A stretch of 64,000 nt of DNA from Hormiphora californensis (lineage: Eukaryota > Animalia > Ctenophora), in the NCBI GenBank assembly GCA_020137815.1, contig CM035361.1, positions 1,302,001 to 1,366,000 of the forward strand. The letters run 5' to 3'. Made by a program: the position numbers and the translations under genes. Each line of letters opens with the position of its first letter. The first letter of the stretch is position 1. Below the pieces are notes generated by a model, which did not search any database, was not told where the DNA came from, and saw only the letters and a list, made by a program, of their open reading frames with translations. This document shows, piece after piece, positions 61,852-64,000 of this stretch.

Positions 61852-64000
61852 ATTCTGACTTCTGACGGAAGCTTCAGAAAGGAGAATGGTCAGGCATATG
61901 GCAGGATGGAATAGTACAAGATCCAATAGACTAGTCTACCAAACCAATATAGACACTAATTCCCAATTATACTTCTTTTCATGTGTATCTAATCTATCTC
62001 CACTTCTATCCCTGTATGAATGAATACTGAATAGCATTGAATGAATAGCATTGAATAAATAGGACCGAATGAATAGTGCCGAATGAATAGTGCGGGATAG
62101 ATTAGACAGAGACGGACAAATAGTGCTAGATAATGTTTAGGATTAGGCTACATAGTGTGGCATAATACCACACTATGCAAAAATCTAAGTGTGTTAGAAT
62201 GCCATTCAAAAACCCTGGCAACTCCTAATTGATCCAAATTGAAACGCACTTGTTCAGTGAACAATGTTCATCCTATTCCTGGAATTGATCTAGCTACATT
62301 TTACCCGGAATGTGTCCTTACTAATGCATACCAAAGAGCACTGACAAATTCTCCGTGGTCCTTCCTTACAAGATTTGTAAGGAAATAAACAGTAAGGAAA
62401 TAAATAGTAAGGAAATAAATAGTAAGAGAAAAAACAGCCTGCCTTCTTCAAGCTGAACAAGAACAATATAACTTTAGTTATTATAGCGAAAGAACTGTGC
62501 TTGACTGTGGTCTGACTTTGGTCGGGCTGTGTTTGTTCAACTAATATTGCACAAGTCCCAGAACTAGGCTGAATGTTTACTCAGCTAATTATCATCCATC
62601 AATAGAAGTAGTAAGAAAGACTAATGCGGGGTTCACTATGTTTACTTTTCAGCGAGCTGACTCAGCATGTGGGCGGACTTTATATCCATAGAGTCCCCAC
62701 ACTGACTCAGGCATATTGTCAAGCTGGAAAGGAGGACAAACTAAATCGCTTATATTGTGCCCATATTATGTAGACAGCAAACAATTAACCTGATTCTCTG
62801 TCAACACTTCAACTAGCAGATACTACCATTTTGTATAATGAGCTGTAATTATCAGTTACCTGCCCATGCACTAGCTATCTGCAGAACACATAATAGACAT
62901 GTCTGGTGCATTAATAGACACAGATATAGCTGACACTCAGAGGAAACTGGAGATTATAATAGTGACATATCTGCTGCACAGCTGCAGCACCTCTGCAGCA
63001 CAACGATTAGTACAAATAACAATATCATTGGGATATTTTTGATAATGATGCCCTGCACAAGTAGTCCTGATTTGACCTATACTGATATGACTATACAATT
63101 CAATTCTTGGAACTATAGATTTGTGTTGATTACAACAAGGTGCACGTGCTATATGTCTCGCCTCATGGAGTTGACCGCACTGTAACAGCTCAGCAGAGTG
63201 TGGAGATGATTGAGATACATTGCATCACCGTTCCGGAACAGAAGCTGTAACCATGGTTACGTGTGGTTCACCTCAAGAATTCTCGTAGATCGAAAAACGT
63301 TTTAATCCAACTATATATCCAAACCAAATAACAGTTCGTTCGAACAAAACTTTCAGCTCAAGGGAGACAAAGTAAGCAAGAGCGACTATTTAATAGCTTG
63401 AGAGAGCTGGTTCAGTTGTTACAATTTATAGCGCAAACTATTTGTCAAGAATGACCGTGTGTGAGTTTACCTTCCATACAAGGTTTTATGAAAATCTATA
63501 GATTTTAGCTCTTCCCCATTCTTTTTCAATTCATGATGATTAGATGAAATGGTATATTATACGGTCGAAATATTCGAAAGAATTAGCCTCTGAAATTAAA
63601 ACTTCGCCGCCACTTCCGCGTTTCCAATTAATTGAAGATTCATTTTCATACTTCGATTATCATTAGGTATGAATAAGTAATCAACTCGAATTTAAGTCCT
63701 TTATTATGCGGGACAAGTAACACGGTCATCAGCTCTGCAGATGTATCAGCGATACAATGGAATGTGGGGACAAATAAAAGTGGCAGCAGCAGCCCCAACA
63801 ACAAAAGAGAGCTATTTACTAGTTGTTAGCACCTGTTTATAAAAAACCGCGTTATAATTACCAGCTTTACCGCGACACGTTCGACAACATTAACAAATAT
63901 TTAGGGCGTAATTCCCTCGAATTAAAAACAGGGCTATACTGTTAATTGTGCCAAATATGTGTGACTCTGCAGTACAGCTGATGTAGCTATGAAGTTTGGT

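Overview
Intron-rich, microsatellite- and MITE-rich animal genomic DNA, most likely a cydippid ctenophore (Pleurobrachia/Hormiphora-like). That inference rests on a ctenophore-type (Epsilon-class) ionotropic glutamate receptor and splice acceptors placed just before several start codons. Manual exon joining (GT-AG, phase-checked) gives five genes that the ORF track mostly misses. (1) Fos/ATF3/BATF-type bZIP factor (~3.4-7.2 kb, +), with a cluster of CRE sites in its own intron. (2) ~28-exon ITPRID/KRAP(SSFA2)/TESPA1-like IP3-receptor-binding protein (9.7-33.2 kb, +). (3) 278-aa membrane-anchored protein with three tandem 10-Cys Ly6/uPAR-like domains (37.4-49.6 kb, +); its intron 4 holds a ~9.5-kb 33-bp minisatellite with a hypervariable slot. 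(4) 11-exon, 469-aa class A GPCR (59.7-50.2 kb, -). (5) A complete iGluR gene (52.7-55.7 kb, +) nested antisense inside GPCR intron 8. Mobile DNA includes an L2/CR1 3' end, non-autonomous Helitrons, a hairpin-module element in two inverted copies, a 1.3-kb TTAA foldback and several MITE families. Some stretches (homopolymer-garbled regions, single-base indels in exons) look like assembly errors. Family assignments come from recalled motifs, not database searches.
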